Positions 1-8,841 of a DNA stretch of 46,382 bases are shown here, in pieces. The translations under genes were made by a program, and so were the position numbers. The notes beneath the pieces were generated by a model. It worked only from the letters and a program-made list of their open reading frames with translations, had not been told where the DNA came from and did no database searches. Origin of the DNA: Methanobacteriota archaeon (GTDB lineage Archaea > Thermoplasmatota > Poseidoniia > Poseidoniales > Thalassarchaeaceae); assembly GCA_002719615.1 (NCBI GenBank), contig PBHZ01000010.1, forward strand, positions 1 to 46,382, written 5' to 3'. Position 1 is the stretch's first letter. Every line of letters begins with the position of its first letter.

Positions 1-410
1 GCACCAGATACAGTTACTGCATCTGCAGAAACTGTGAAAGATAGTTCATCACCATTCAATGCTGTTGCAGTCATTCCATCTGTTAAATCACAGGACATGA
101 CTTGTCCAGCTACGACATGGTAGGTTAGTATATCTACTAATGTCTCATTTTCCGCATCGGTATCAAAGGATGTTAGATCTATACCTGCTGCTGCGAATGC
201 ATCATCTGTTGGTGCAAATACAGTGAAAGGTCCATCGCCTGATAGTGTTGAGACGAGTCCTGCGTGGCTCAATGCTGCTACGAGAGAATCATGCACACCT
301 GTTCCAATGGCATTGGTAGGTATGTCTTCTGTCTCATCTGCTAACACAATGGGTGACATCACGAGACTGGTGGTCATTAGTAAGGCAATCATAACTTTAA
401 AGTTAAACAT
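1..410 (-). CDS. Secreted fasciclin (FAS1)-domain protein; the C-terminal part runs off the left window edge
   Basis: Absent from the ORF track because there is no stop in the window. Reverse-strand ATG at 408-410. My translation is MFNFKVMIALLMTTSLVMSPIVLADE (signal-peptide-like), then ...LSGDGPFTVFAPTDDAFAAAGIDL...TLVDILTYHVVAGQVMS..., which are typical FAS1 signatures. Confidence 0.75.
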   Translation of the reverse strand, partial: MFNFKVMIALLMTTSLVMSPIVLADETEDIPTNAIGTGVHDSLVAALSHAGLVSTLSGDGPFTVFAPTDDAFAAAGIDLTSFDTDAENETLVDILTYHVVAGQVMSCDLTDGMTATALNGDELSFTVSADAVTVSG

Positions 411-536
411 AAATCGCGTTGCCACACTTACTCCTTTTATATGAATGTTTGAAACCATAGATATTTGATTCATCAATAAGTCATATTTTTTGAAAACGAT
501 TAATTATAAGCAACAGTCAATTCAGTTGGATGTAAT

Positions 537-2099
537 ATGAGTGATATGAATTCGGACGTTATTATTGTAGGAGCAGGACCTGGTGGCCTTGCATGTTCAC
601 TACTTCTTGCAAAAGCTGGTCTGAAAGTGAAAATAATAGAAAAAACAGATAGTGTTGGAGGTAGAACTAAAGTAATAGAAAAAGATGGGTACAGATACGA
701 TAACGGCCCTACTTTTTTCCATTACACAGAAATCATAGAAGAGATTTTTCAAGCTATTGGAAAAAATGCTCATGAGGAATTAAATCTTATAAAACTAGAT
801 CCAAATTACAGATTAGTATTTGGAGAAGGCGGGTCATTAAATGCTAGTACCAATATAGAGTACATGGTAGAACAAATTGAACAGTTGTGTGGAAAAAATG
901 ATGCTGAAGGATTTAGGAAGTATGTACTAGACAATAGGAAGAAATTGAAATTGTCTAAAAATTGTCTAAACTCTCCTTGGACAAGTTGGACTGACCTTGC
1001 CAACAGAAGAGCTTTGCGAGTTACTCAAGTATTGAGGCCATGGAGAAGTGTGGCATCTGATTTGTCGAAATTTTTTGATGATGATAGGATGCAACTAGCA
1101 ATGAGTTTTCAAACAAAATATTTAGGAATGTCTCCATTTCAAGCACCTAGTCTTTTCACGATATTATCCTTCTTGGAACTTGAATACGGTATCTATCATG
1201 CAAAAGGAGGATTAGGAACTGTAACAGAAAAAATGGGATTATTAGCAAAGGAATTAGGAGTAGATATTTGTCTTAATGAACCTGTTGAAGAATGTCTTTT
1301 TGATGGCAAAAAAATAGTTGGAGTCAAAACAGGAAAAAATACTTACACTGCTAAGAAATACGTAATGAATGTAGATTTTGCTACTGGAATGAAGGGATTA
1401 ATTCCTGATAAATTAAGGAAAAGATGGTCTAATAAGAAACTAGATAAAAAATCCTACTCCTGTTCAACGTTTATGTTATACCTTGGAGTAGATAAGAAAT
1501 ATGATTTAGATCACCATCAAATCTATGCGTCTAAAGACTATCATAAAAATCTAAAAGATGTCACTGAAAATAAAATCACATGGGATGATCCATCACTATA
1601 CGTTCAAAATGCATGCCTAACAGATCCATCTATGGCCCCAGATGGGCATTCTACCATCTATGTACTGGTTCCTGTTTCCAATGTCCATGAATCAATAAAT
1701 TGGGAAGAGATAAAGTATGAGTACAGGGATGTAGTAATTGAAACCATGAAAAAATTAGGATATGAAGATTTGAAGGAACACATAGTATCAGAGACTATTG
1801 TTACCCCAGACGATTGGGGCTCAAGAGATATTTACAAAGGTGCAGTTTTCAATCTAGCACATGGATTAGACCAAATGCTGTGGAGAAGGCCACAAAATAG
1901 ATTTGAAGAATTAAACAATCTATTTTTAGTTGGCGGAGGAACTCACCCAGGAAGTGGGTTACCGACCATATTTGAGAGTGGTAGAATAAGTGCAAAATTA
2001 ATCTGTTCAGATTTAGGAATAGAGCCGGATTGGAATGGCGTAGAAACTTGGTTTGAAGATATTAAAAAACCTAAAATAAAATCTAAAATGGTGGTTTAA
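537..2099 (+). CDS. Phytoene desaturase-family FAD-dependent oxidoreductase (CrtI/CrtD-like)
   Basis: N-terminal Rossmann dinucleotide motif VIIVGAGPGGLACSLLLAKAGLKVKIIEK. C-terminal LFLVGGGTHPGSGLP motif typical of CrtI-type amine-oxidase-fold enzymes. 520 aa. Confidence 0.85.
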   Translation: MSDMNSDVIIVGAGPGGLACSLLLAKAGLKVKIIEKTDSVGGRTKVIEKDGYRYDNGPTFFHYTEIIEEIFQAIGKNAHEELNLIKLDPNYRLVFGEGGSLNASTNIEYMVEQIEQLCGKNDAEGFRKYVLDNRKKLKLSKNCLNSPWTSWTDLANRRALRVTQVLRPWRSVASDLSKFFDDDRMQLAMSFQTKYLGMSPFQAPSLFTILSFLELEYGIYHAKGGLGTVTEKMGLLAKELGVDICLNEPVEECLFDGKKIVGVKTGKNTYTAKKYVMNVDFATGMKGLIPDKLRKRWSNKKLDKKSYSCSTFMLYLGVDKKYDLDHHQIYASKDYHKNLKDVTENKITWDDPSLYVQNACLTDPSMAPDGHSTIYVLVPVSNVHESINWEEIKYEYRDVVIETMKKLGYEDLKEHIVSETIVTPDDWGSRDIYKGAVFNLAHGLDQMLWRRPQNRFEELNNLFLVGGGTHPGSGLPTIFESGRISAKLICSDLGIEPDWNGVETWFEDIKKPKIKSKMVV

Positions 2100-2689
2100 T
2101 GATTACAAGAACAATTTTTTTAACTTTAATATTCTTAACCAGTTTTCTGGCAGGTTGTATAACGGAAAATCAATCAATGGTCGAAGAAGAAATAATTGAA
2201 CCATCTGCACCTGAAAGAATGTCTTTTACTTCACGGGTCATGGGTGATGAAAATAACTCTGATTTAGATCTACATGATTATGCTTCAAATAATTCAGTTC
2301 TCTTAATTTGGGTGGCTGCAAACTGTAAGGGCTGTCACGATTGGACTGATGTCTTAGCTGAAGAAGTTAATAATGGAAATATTAGTAATGATTCTATTTT
2401 GAGCATTCATAGATATCCAGCGTTTGAATCTCCTTCATCCGTAGAAAATGTTTACGGCAAAAACTCCACTAATCCAGTATCTTGGCCTCTTTTACTTCCA
2501 TCGGAAGATACCCAAGTATACGATTTAGACACAGGTTTAGAAAGTGAATATTCTATATATGACGCTTTTGGAAATCCTTCTACACCTACATTACAGATAA
2601 TTGATTCAACAGGAAAGTTAACATGGTCATCCAAGACCTACTGGGCAACGGAGGAGCTTGTTGACGAGATCAAGGTTTTACTAGAATGA
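2099..2689 (+). CDS. Thioredoxin-fold (TlpA/redoxin-like) lipoprotein
   Basis: Signal peptide with lipobox-like FLAGC. WVAANCKGCHDW contains a CxxC redox motif in the usual WCxxC context. The start overlaps the upstream stop (TAATG). Confidence 0.6.
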   Translation: MITRTIFLTLIFLTSFLAGCITENQSMVEEEIIEPSAPERMSFTSRVMGDENNSDLDLHDYASNNSVLLIWVAANCKGCHDWTDVLAEEVNNGNISNDSILSIHRYPAFESPSSVENVYGKNSTNPVSWPLLLPSEDTQVYDLDTGLESEYSIYDAFGNPSTPTLQIIDSTGKLTWSSKTYWATEELVDEIKVLLE

Positions 2690-2698
2690 GGTTTTAAT

Positions 2699-3142
2699 AT
2701 GGATGTTTACGATTTATCTTTTTTCTTATCAACAATGTGGGTCGGGCCATTTTGGATTGCGATGATGATATATCCTGAGCATGAAAAGACCCAACAATTA
2801 ATGCAAGGGCCATGGTTTTTTGTAGGCCCTATCCTAATATGGTATTTAATTACCTTCTCAGATGTATCTGGACTTATTGGATTGGCGAAAGATTCCATGG
2901 ATCCCAGCAATGCCCTACAAGGTTTAGCTGATTTATTGGGTACAAAAGCAGGTGCTTCAGCAGCATGGGCACACATGGTTGCAGGAGATATTTTTGTTAC
3001 CAGATGGATATGGAAGAGATGTATTCAAGCAAAAACTGAAAAGTGGATTACAATAACTTCAGTATTTTTCGGAGTAATGTTGATGCCAATAGGTTTAGCA
3101 TTGAATCTAGTATTGGTTAGAGGAATACCTAATAAACAATAA
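2699..3142 (+). CDS. ABA4-like / DUF4281 family small integral membrane protein
   Basis: About 4 TM segments in 147 aa. AAWAHMVAGDIFVTRWIW resembles the family signature W-H-x-x-A-x-D-L-F-V-G-R-W as I recall it. Confidence 0.5.
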   Translation: MDVYDLSFFLSTMWVGPFWIAMMIYPEHEKTQQLMQGPWFFVGPILIWYLITFSDVSGLIGLAKDSMDPSNALQGLADLLGTKAGASAAWAHMVAGDIFVTRWIWKRCIQAKTEKWITITSVFFGVMLMPIGLALNLVLVRGIPNKQ

Positions 3143-3168
3143 TTCCTAGATTCGCTTATTGGTCGCGT

Positions 3169-3948
3169 ATGAAAATTAGATTACATCAATTTCTATCGAA
3201 ATGCGGTATTTTTTCTTCTAAAAATGAAATCAAAAATGCAATATGGGAGGGAAAAATTACTGTAAATGGATCTATTGTCAAAAATATTAGTTTTGAATTC
3301 AATCCTGAAAAAAAAAAGGTAATTTATGATAATAAAGAATTATCACTTCCTCAAAATGAAAAATATTTTTTATTGAATAAACCTATGGGATTTATTTGTT
3401 CAAGATTGAATTCACAAGAAAAGAAATTAGGAAAGAAATCAATATATGAATTATTTTATGGGAAACTCCCTACTATGGTATATGAATCTCTAATTACTGT
3501 GGGAAGATTAGATGAAAATACTACTGGTTTATTACTGGTAACAACCGACGGAAAATTGGCTCACAAGATTACCAACCCTCAGAATAAAATTAAAAAGACA
3601 TACTATATTGAAACAACGAAATTGATTTCTTTAAATCAAATTGATGCAATAAGAAAAGGTGTAAAAATAAAAATTAATGATAATGGCAAGATTGAAGAAT
3701 ATATTTCTAGACCCACAATATTAACCGAAATTGAAGAAAATAGCATGATATTAACAATTGATGAAGGTAAGAAAAGAGAAATTCGTCGAATATTCAATTC
3801 CGTTGGGAATGAAGTATCTAAATTACACAGGTTATCAACCGAAAAAATGTCCCTAGATGATTATAACTTGGATTTAGGAGAGTTTTGTGAAATTAATTTT
3901 GAAGATATTGTTCGGGAAATATTTGATGATAACAAAACTGTATTATGA
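3169..3948 (+). CDS. Pseudouridine synthase, RsuA/RluB family (S4 domain plus catalytic domain)
   Basis: N-terminal S4-like RLHQFLSKCGIFSSKNEIKNAIWEGKITVNG. Catalytic-Asp motif GRLDENTTGLLLVTTDG. Confidence 0.85.
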   Translation: MKIRLHQFLSKCGIFSSKNEIKNAIWEGKITVNGSIVKNISFEFNPEKKKVIYDNKELSLPQNEKYFLLNKPMGFICSRLNSQEKKLGKKSIYELFYGKLPTMVYESLITVGRLDENTTGLLLVTTDGKLAHKITNPQNKIKKTYYIETTKLISLNQIDAIRKGVKIKINDNGKIEEYISRPTILTEIEENSMILTIDEGKKREIRRIFNSVGNEVSKLHRLSTEKMSLDDYNLDLGEFCEINFEDIVREIFDDNKTVL

Positions 3949-3997
3949 TTATTATTTACCAGGAATAATTAAAATTTAGTGGCATTGCTTCGAGTTT

Positions 3998-4174
3998 ATG
4001 GCAACTGGTGAAAGTGACATAGCGGCGGTTGTAGTCGAAGGTGTATATGAAGGAACTTTAGGACGTTTAGATAATAGATGGTGGTGGAAAGATTGGATCA
4101 AACCGATACTATTCTACTCTCTTCCGTTGATTCCTTTTATTTATATTGCTGGATGGTATCTTGGATATTTCTAA
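3998..4174 (+). CDS. Hypothetical small membrane protein (58 aa), below the ORF-track size cut-off
   Basis: My translation is MATGESDIAAVVVEGVYEGTLGRLDNRWWWKDWIKPILFYSLPLIPFIYIAGWYLGYF, with one C-terminal hydrophobic helix. It fills an otherwise 260-bp gap in a very compact genome. Confidence 0.3.
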   Translation: MATGESDIAAVVVEGVYEGTLGRLDNRWWWKDWIKPILFYSLPLIPFIYIAGWYLGYF

Positions 4175-4210
4175 TTTAGTAAAATATCCATATATCAAAA
4201 TAATTGAGTA

Positions 4211-4945
4211 TTATGTGATATTTGAAAGTCCACCATCAACATGAATTACTTCACCGGTAATCCAATCAGGGGCTTTGCTAACCAGCCACGAAGCAACGTC
4301 TCCAACTTCAGAAGCTATGCCAATTCTTCCAGATGGATTCTTATTGTTACTAATCTCTCTTGCAGCATCTGAAGATAGTATTTTCGAAGCTAATGGCGTG
4401 TCCGTTAGTCCTGGAGAAACAACATTTATCCTAATGCCTCTTTTTGCATATTCTGAGGCAGTTGCTCTAGCCAATCCCTCTAGTCCAGCCTTTGAAGCAC
4501 TTATTGCTCCATGATTTGGCATACCAATACTAGCAGCTGCTGATGAAAATAAAATAATTCTTCCATTCTTTTCTTTCATCATTATTTTTGCAGTTGAATT
4601 AATGGTATTGTGTGCAGTGAGTAGATTTTGTTCTACAGTTTCCATGAATTGTTCTGATGAAGTTGCATGTGTAGGTCGCAGGAATATAGTCCCTACTGCT
4701 AAGACAACTGCATCAATTTTACCATAATCTTCCTTAATTGAGTTGGCTACATCATGCATCTCGGAATTATTTCTAGCATCAACAGGACGTGTCTCTATAC
4801 CTGTTTCATTAGAAAAATTTGTTAGATTTGTTTCATCTCTGGCACTTCCAATAACTATCCAGTTCTCTTTCTTTAAATTGGAAGATATACATCTACCAAT
4901 TCCACCTGTAGCTCCAATTATCCATACAACTTTATTCTCTGTCAT
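4211..4945 (-). CDS. Short-chain dehydrogenase/reductase (SDR)
   Basis: Cofactor motif IIGATGGIGRCI. Catalytic S...YxxxK region (ISASKAGLEGL). 244 aa. Confidence 0.85.
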   Translation of the reverse strand: MTENKVVWIIGATGGIGRCISSNLKKENWIVIGSARDETNLTNFSNETGIETRPVDARNNSEMHDVANSIKEDYGKIDAVVLAVGTIFLRPTHATSSEQFMETVEQNLLTAHNTINSTAKIMMKEKNGRIILFSSAAASIGMPNHGAISASKAGLEGLARATASEYAKRGIRINVVSPGLTDTPLASKILSSDAAREISNNKNPSGRIGIASEVGDVASWLVSKAPDWITGEVIHVDGGLSNIT

Positions 4946-6186
4946 GTTTTCACTTCCTTACCTAATCCTAGTCCTTCTCTGAATTCATTTAATGATGGTC
5001 TCATTTCAAGAATTAATTTAACATCTGGATGTGTCCTAATTACTAGACCATCCATGTACATTAATGATCTGATTATAGGAAATGCTTCTTCGCCAAAATC
5101 TGCACCTGCGTCTTCTACTGCAGCCCTAACTGTTTTCATCATTACTTCTGTTAAGCTTTGTTCTCCAACCGATTTATCTTCAAATCCATCATATATTGAT
5201 TTCATATTTTGTTTGAATCTATTTACTTTTTTCTCTGGAGGCCGGCTACCTGCAAGATTTAATAATGATTCGAAAGCATATTCTTTATTATTTTTTGAGA
5301 GGTTTTCAAAAAAATTGAAAAGTGATAGGCTAATATTTCTGGGAGCATCACAAATTGCACCATTATCAATAAAAACAAAATTTCCATCTTTATCTATTAT
5401 GCAATTACCTGGATGAAGATCGCCATGAAAAGTTCCTACACCAAACATGTAAGCGCCATGAATTCTAAATAATTCGATTAAGTAATCCCATTCCAAAGAT
5501 TGATTTCTAATTCCTTCTTCTAATGTTTTTCCCTCTATAAACTCAGAAACCAAAACATCTTCATTTGATAGATTTTCCCAATACTCTGGAAATTTTAATC
5601 TTGGCATTGGAAACTCTTCTGCGAGTTCTGATTGAATCTTTTTTAATTTATGCCCACCTTTAATTTCATTATTCAAATTTAATTCTCTAAGTGTATAATC
5701 CTCCACATGATTTAACAATGCTATAGGATTGCCGACCTTTCTTAATTTTGGAGAAAATAAAATTAATATTTTTAGCCATCTTTTCATTCTAAAAACATCT
5801 TTTTTGAATTTTTTCTTGTGATCTGCCTTAATTATCTTAACAACAACTTCTTCTCCAGATTTTAGTCGTGCCCTGTGAACTTGGCCTACTGAAGCAGCAG
5901 CTAATGGCTCTTCATCAAACCATTCTATTGAATCGTGAAATTCATTCGAGGCTTTTTGTTTTAAGATAGAAAGAACATTTTCTGAAGGAATGGTGGATGC
6001 TTGGCCATATAATGTCTGTAATTGACGACACTTTTCTATAGAAAGTAGGTCTGGTCTCAAAGCAAATATCTGAGAAAGTTTAACTGCTAAAAGTCCTTGA
6101 TTTTGAATCCAATCTAGGTTAGCTGGACGTTTTTTTAATATTTGATACATGAAACGAGAGAACGTGAATAATCTCATAATTTTCAC
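4942..6186 (-). CDS. ABC1/UbiB (AarF) atypical protein kinase family
   Basis: AAASVGQVHRARL, VVVKIIK and catalytic-loop HGDLHPGNCII motifs characteristic of ABC1/UbiB kinases. Confidence 0.85.
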   Translation of the reverse strand: MKIMRLFTFSRFMYQILKKRPANLDWIQNQGLLAVKLSQIFALRPDLLSIEKCRQLQTLYGQASTIPSENVLSILKQKASNEFHDSIEWFDEEPLAAASVGQVHRARLKSGEEVVVKIIKADHKKKFKKDVFRMKRWLKILILFSPKLRKVGNPIALLNHVEDYTLRELNLNNEIKGGHKLKKIQSELAEEFPMPRLKFPEYWENLSNEDVLVSEFIEGKTLEEGIRNQSLEWDYLIELFRIHGAYMFGVGTFHGDLHPGNCIIDKDGNFVFIDNGAICDAPRNISLSLFNFFENLSKNNKEYAFESLLNLAGSRPPEKKVNRFKQNMKSIYDGFEDKSVGEQSLTEVMMKTVRAAVEDAGADFGEEAFPIIRSLMYMDGLVIRTHPDVKLILEMRPSLNEFREGLGLGKEVKT

Positions 6187-6224
6187 CTTAAATATTGATT
6201 AGTTTGCAATAAAAAAATAATTAG

Positions 6225-7601
6225 TTAATTATCATCAGATAATATCAAGTTATATCTACAGAATTCATCTTTATTGTCTGATGATTGAATTCTTTCGATG
6301 ATAACTTCTTTCATTGAAGAATATCTACTCAGTAAAGTTCCTTCAATTATGCCATCATCAAGTTCCCATAACGGGAGTTGATCTGAGTTGTCAGCATCTG
6401 GTAAGAGATGTACTTTGATATGAAAGATTGGATCTGCATCATAACTTAGTTCTCCAAGACCTGCATATTCATACCAATCCATCATTTCACTAAGGAATTC
6501 TACATGTCCATCAATTTTCCTCAAACTAAATGCAAGTTCTTCGCCTATTCGGTTACCTACCTGACGGAGTAATGATCCAATATCAATTCCAAATGTATTG
6601 AGGCTGGAAATTCCACCTTTTCCTAACTTTTTCCTTGCATCACTTATTTCTAGGCCAGATGCCATAAAGGCATCTAAATTAAATGGAGAATCAGATTCTG
6701 GTAATTCTTCGGATATTTGCAATACATCCCTAATTCGATCTAAAAAGGAGCCTCCCTCTAAAGTTAGCTTTAATGGGTCAACTATTCTTTCTTCGGTAAA
6801 CCTCTTTGATGCTAATTCAAAAGGTATAGCTTCTTCCCAAATACTTTCAATTAAGTTTCTCTGAGATTCTGCGAATGGTGATGACTGAATGAGAAGAGCA
6901 GCATCGGTTTTTCCTCTACCTACCGGATTTTCCTCAGTGTTGAGGTATTGAATAGCTTCTAATTGATCCATTACGGTTCCTTGTGATTCCAAATCATCAC
7001 TATGTCTTACTTCAATTGTTGAGTCTAATTCAGAGAAGAATCGTATCGTACGTCGATCTAGTTGTGCCATTACTTTTACTTCAACGCCTCTTTTTGCAGC
7101 TTTATTTACTTCTGATAAGGCAGTACTTCTGCACAAATGAAGTATACCAAATTTACCTAATGTCAAGATTAGGGAATGCTGAGACTCAAGAGCCATTTTT
7201 TCTATTTTTGAGAATATGTGTACCCTTTCTTTTAGCACTGCAAACTTTGGATCTGTTTCCAAATCGAGAGTGATGTCTTCTTGAATATCTTGTATTTTTC
7301 CTTCCTTGATATCCTCAAATCCTTGTTCAATTTTCTTCAACTGCTCTTTCCTGATATTAATCAAGTGTTCCAGAACATTCTTTAAAGGAGGGCTTGAAAA
7401 TTTCATAGGCCTATCCACTGTTACTGTAACTAATCCGCCGCTTTGCAATCGTTCAAGAGAATTATATGCATCTAATCTCGTAGTTCCAAGTTCCTTTGCT
7501 AATTCGCTGGCCTTTAGATTTGGTTTTGCAGATAATACGATCACTGCCTCAGCTTCTCTTTCAGATAGTCCAGCATCAATTAATAGTGTATTCCAACTCA
7601 T
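6225..7601 (-). CDS. TrmB-family transcriptional regulator with a long C-terminal domain
   Basis: N-terminal winged-HTH LSEREAEAVIVLSAKPNLKASELAKELGTTRLDAYNSLERLQSGGLV is typical of TrmB. The start overlaps the bcp stop by 4 nt. Confidence 0.7.
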   Translation of the reverse strand: MSWNTLLIDAGLSEREAEAVIVLSAKPNLKASELAKELGTTRLDAYNSLERLQSGGLVTVTVDRPMKFSSPPLKNVLEHLINIRKEQLKKIEQGFEDIKEGKIQDIQEDITLDLETDPKFAVLKERVHIFSKIEKMALESQHSLILTLGKFGILHLCRSTALSEVNKAAKRGVEVKVMAQLDRRTIRFFSELDSTIEVRHSDDLESQGTVMDQLEAIQYLNTEENPVGRGKTDAALLIQSSPFAESQRNLIESIWEEAIPFELASKRFTEERIVDPLKLTLEGGSFLDRIRDVLQISEELPESDSPFNLDAFMASGLEISDARKKLGKGGISSLNTFGIDIGSLLRQVGNRIGEELAFSLRKIDGHVEFLSEMMDWYEYAGLGELSYDADPIFHIKVHLLPDADNSDQLPLWELDDGIIEGTLLSRYSSMKEVIIERIQSSDNKDEFCRYNLILSDDN

Positions 7602-8074
7602 TCGAACCTGTCTCCATCAGTAATTCTACTCATCGCGGAAAGTATTTTCGCCACATGAGTCCTAGGCCTAAATAACCAATCATACACATGATGAATGGTA
7701 TTGTCGGGGCCTAATAAAAAAGATGATTTTGCTGGAAATAATCCCAAATGATTAGCTACACCATATTCTACCGCAACTTTTCTATCAGGATCGGATAGTA
7801 ATGTGAATGGTAATTGTAATTCTTCCTTGAATTCTTTATGTTGTTCTATTGTATCTTGGCTTATGCCGATGACTTCCACAGGAGGAGTTAAAGAGCGGAA
7901 TAAATCATATTGGTCTTTAAAAGATAGGCATCCCCTTTTACAGGTAGGTGATCCGTCTTTAGCATAGAAAAATAGTACTTTCCATTGACCATTATAATCA
8001 GATAACGAAAACAATTCACCATCACTGGTGTTCAAAGTAAATTCTGGTGCAGTAGAACCAATTAATGACGACAT
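7598..8074 (-). CDS. bcp: Peroxiredoxin, Bcp (AhpC/TSA) type
   Basis: WKVLFFYAKDGSPTCKRGC carries the peroxidatic Cys in the PxxxTxxC-like context. 158 aa. Confidence 0.85.
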   Translation of the reverse strand: MSSLIGSTAPEFTLNTSDGELFSLSDYNGQWKVLFFYAKDGSPTCKRGCLSFKDQYDLFRSLTPPVEVIGISQDTIEQHKEFKEELQLPFTLLSDPDRKVAVEYGVANHLGLFPAKSSFLLGPDNTIHHVYDWLFRPRTHVAKILSAMSRITDGDRFE

Positions 8075-8114
8075 AATTTAACCTCCATTGTTAATAGATT
8101 AAAACTTAATTGCT

Positions 8115-8741
8115 TTAGAGCATATGTCCCATTCTATTTTTTTTCGTTTCAAGGTAGTTTTTATTGTCTTTTGAAACACCACTGACATGAGAGAATCTCT
8201 TCTGAACTGAGATGCCATTGTCTTCTAAACCTTTTATTTTTAGAGGATTATTCGTCATCATTCTAACTTTGTTGATTCCGAAGTCCTTCAACATATCTGC
8301 AGCAATTTTGTAATCTCTAGCGTCAGCAGGTAAGCCTAGTGCTAAATTGGCATCTAGAGTATCATAACCTTCGTCCTGTAATGCATATGCTTGTATCTTA
8401 GAATGTAAACCAATATCACGACCTTCTTGTCTGAGGTAAACAACTGCTCCAACTCCTTCTTCCTGAATTTTTTGCATTGAAAGTCTTAGTTGCGGTCCAC
8501 AATCACACTTCATGGAACCAAAGGCATCGCCGGTTAAGCATTCGGAATGTATCCTTATTAACGGCGATTTTACGGAATTTAAGTCCCCTGCGTACAACAG
8601 GGAGTGTTCTTTTCCTTTGGAGTCTACGGTTACCCTCACTCTAAAGTTACCATGCTCTGTAGGTAGCAGGGCATCGACTTCAATATCTACTGGTTCAGCT
8701 TCTCTTCTAACTTGTATAGTCATACTTGCTGAATTGTACAC
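8115..8741 (-). CDS. ribA: GTP cyclohydrolase II
   Basis: RIHSECLTGDAFGSMKCDCGPQL zinc/active-site motif. DLGLH...TNNP tail pattern. GTG start. Confidence 0.9.
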   Translation of the reverse strand: MYNSASMTIQVRREAEPVDIEVDALLPTEHGNFRVRVTVDSKGKEHSLLYAGDLNSVKSPLIRIHSECLTGDAFGSMKCDCGPQLRLSMQKIQEEGVGAVVYLRQEGRDIGLHSKIQAYALQDEGYDTLDANLALGLPADARDYKIAADMLKDFGINKVRMMTNNPLKIKGLEDNGISVQKRFSHVSGVSKDNKNYLETKKNRMGHML

Positions 8742-8841
8742 TTACTTATGAATTGATGTTTATTACAATCTGTTTTTAATTCACATTTGAAAACACTTAC
8801 TTATAGGTAATAGGGTATAAGCAAACCTCCGAAGAGGCTAC

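Noticed and set aside
223-444. 73-aa + strand ORF from the track
   Set aside because: It lies antisense to a much better supported fasciclin-domain gene whose signal peptide and FAS1 motifs read cleanly on the minus strand. It is a shadow ORF.
3308-3317. A10 homopolymer inside the pseudouridine synthase gene as a slippage/phase-variation site
   Set aside because: It is in frame and encodes PEKKKV. The frame remains open through a complete, well-conserved catalytic domain. Poly-A runs are expected in an AT-rich genome.
8738-8804. Perfect 12-bp direct repeat ACACTTACTTAT (8738-8749 and 8793-8804) in the ribA/phr divergent region
   Set aside because: It might be a paired operator. However, a 12-mer of mostly A/T in an AT-rich genome at this spacing is not clearly beyond chance, and the first copy overlaps the ribA start codon. 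No further support, so it is noted only.
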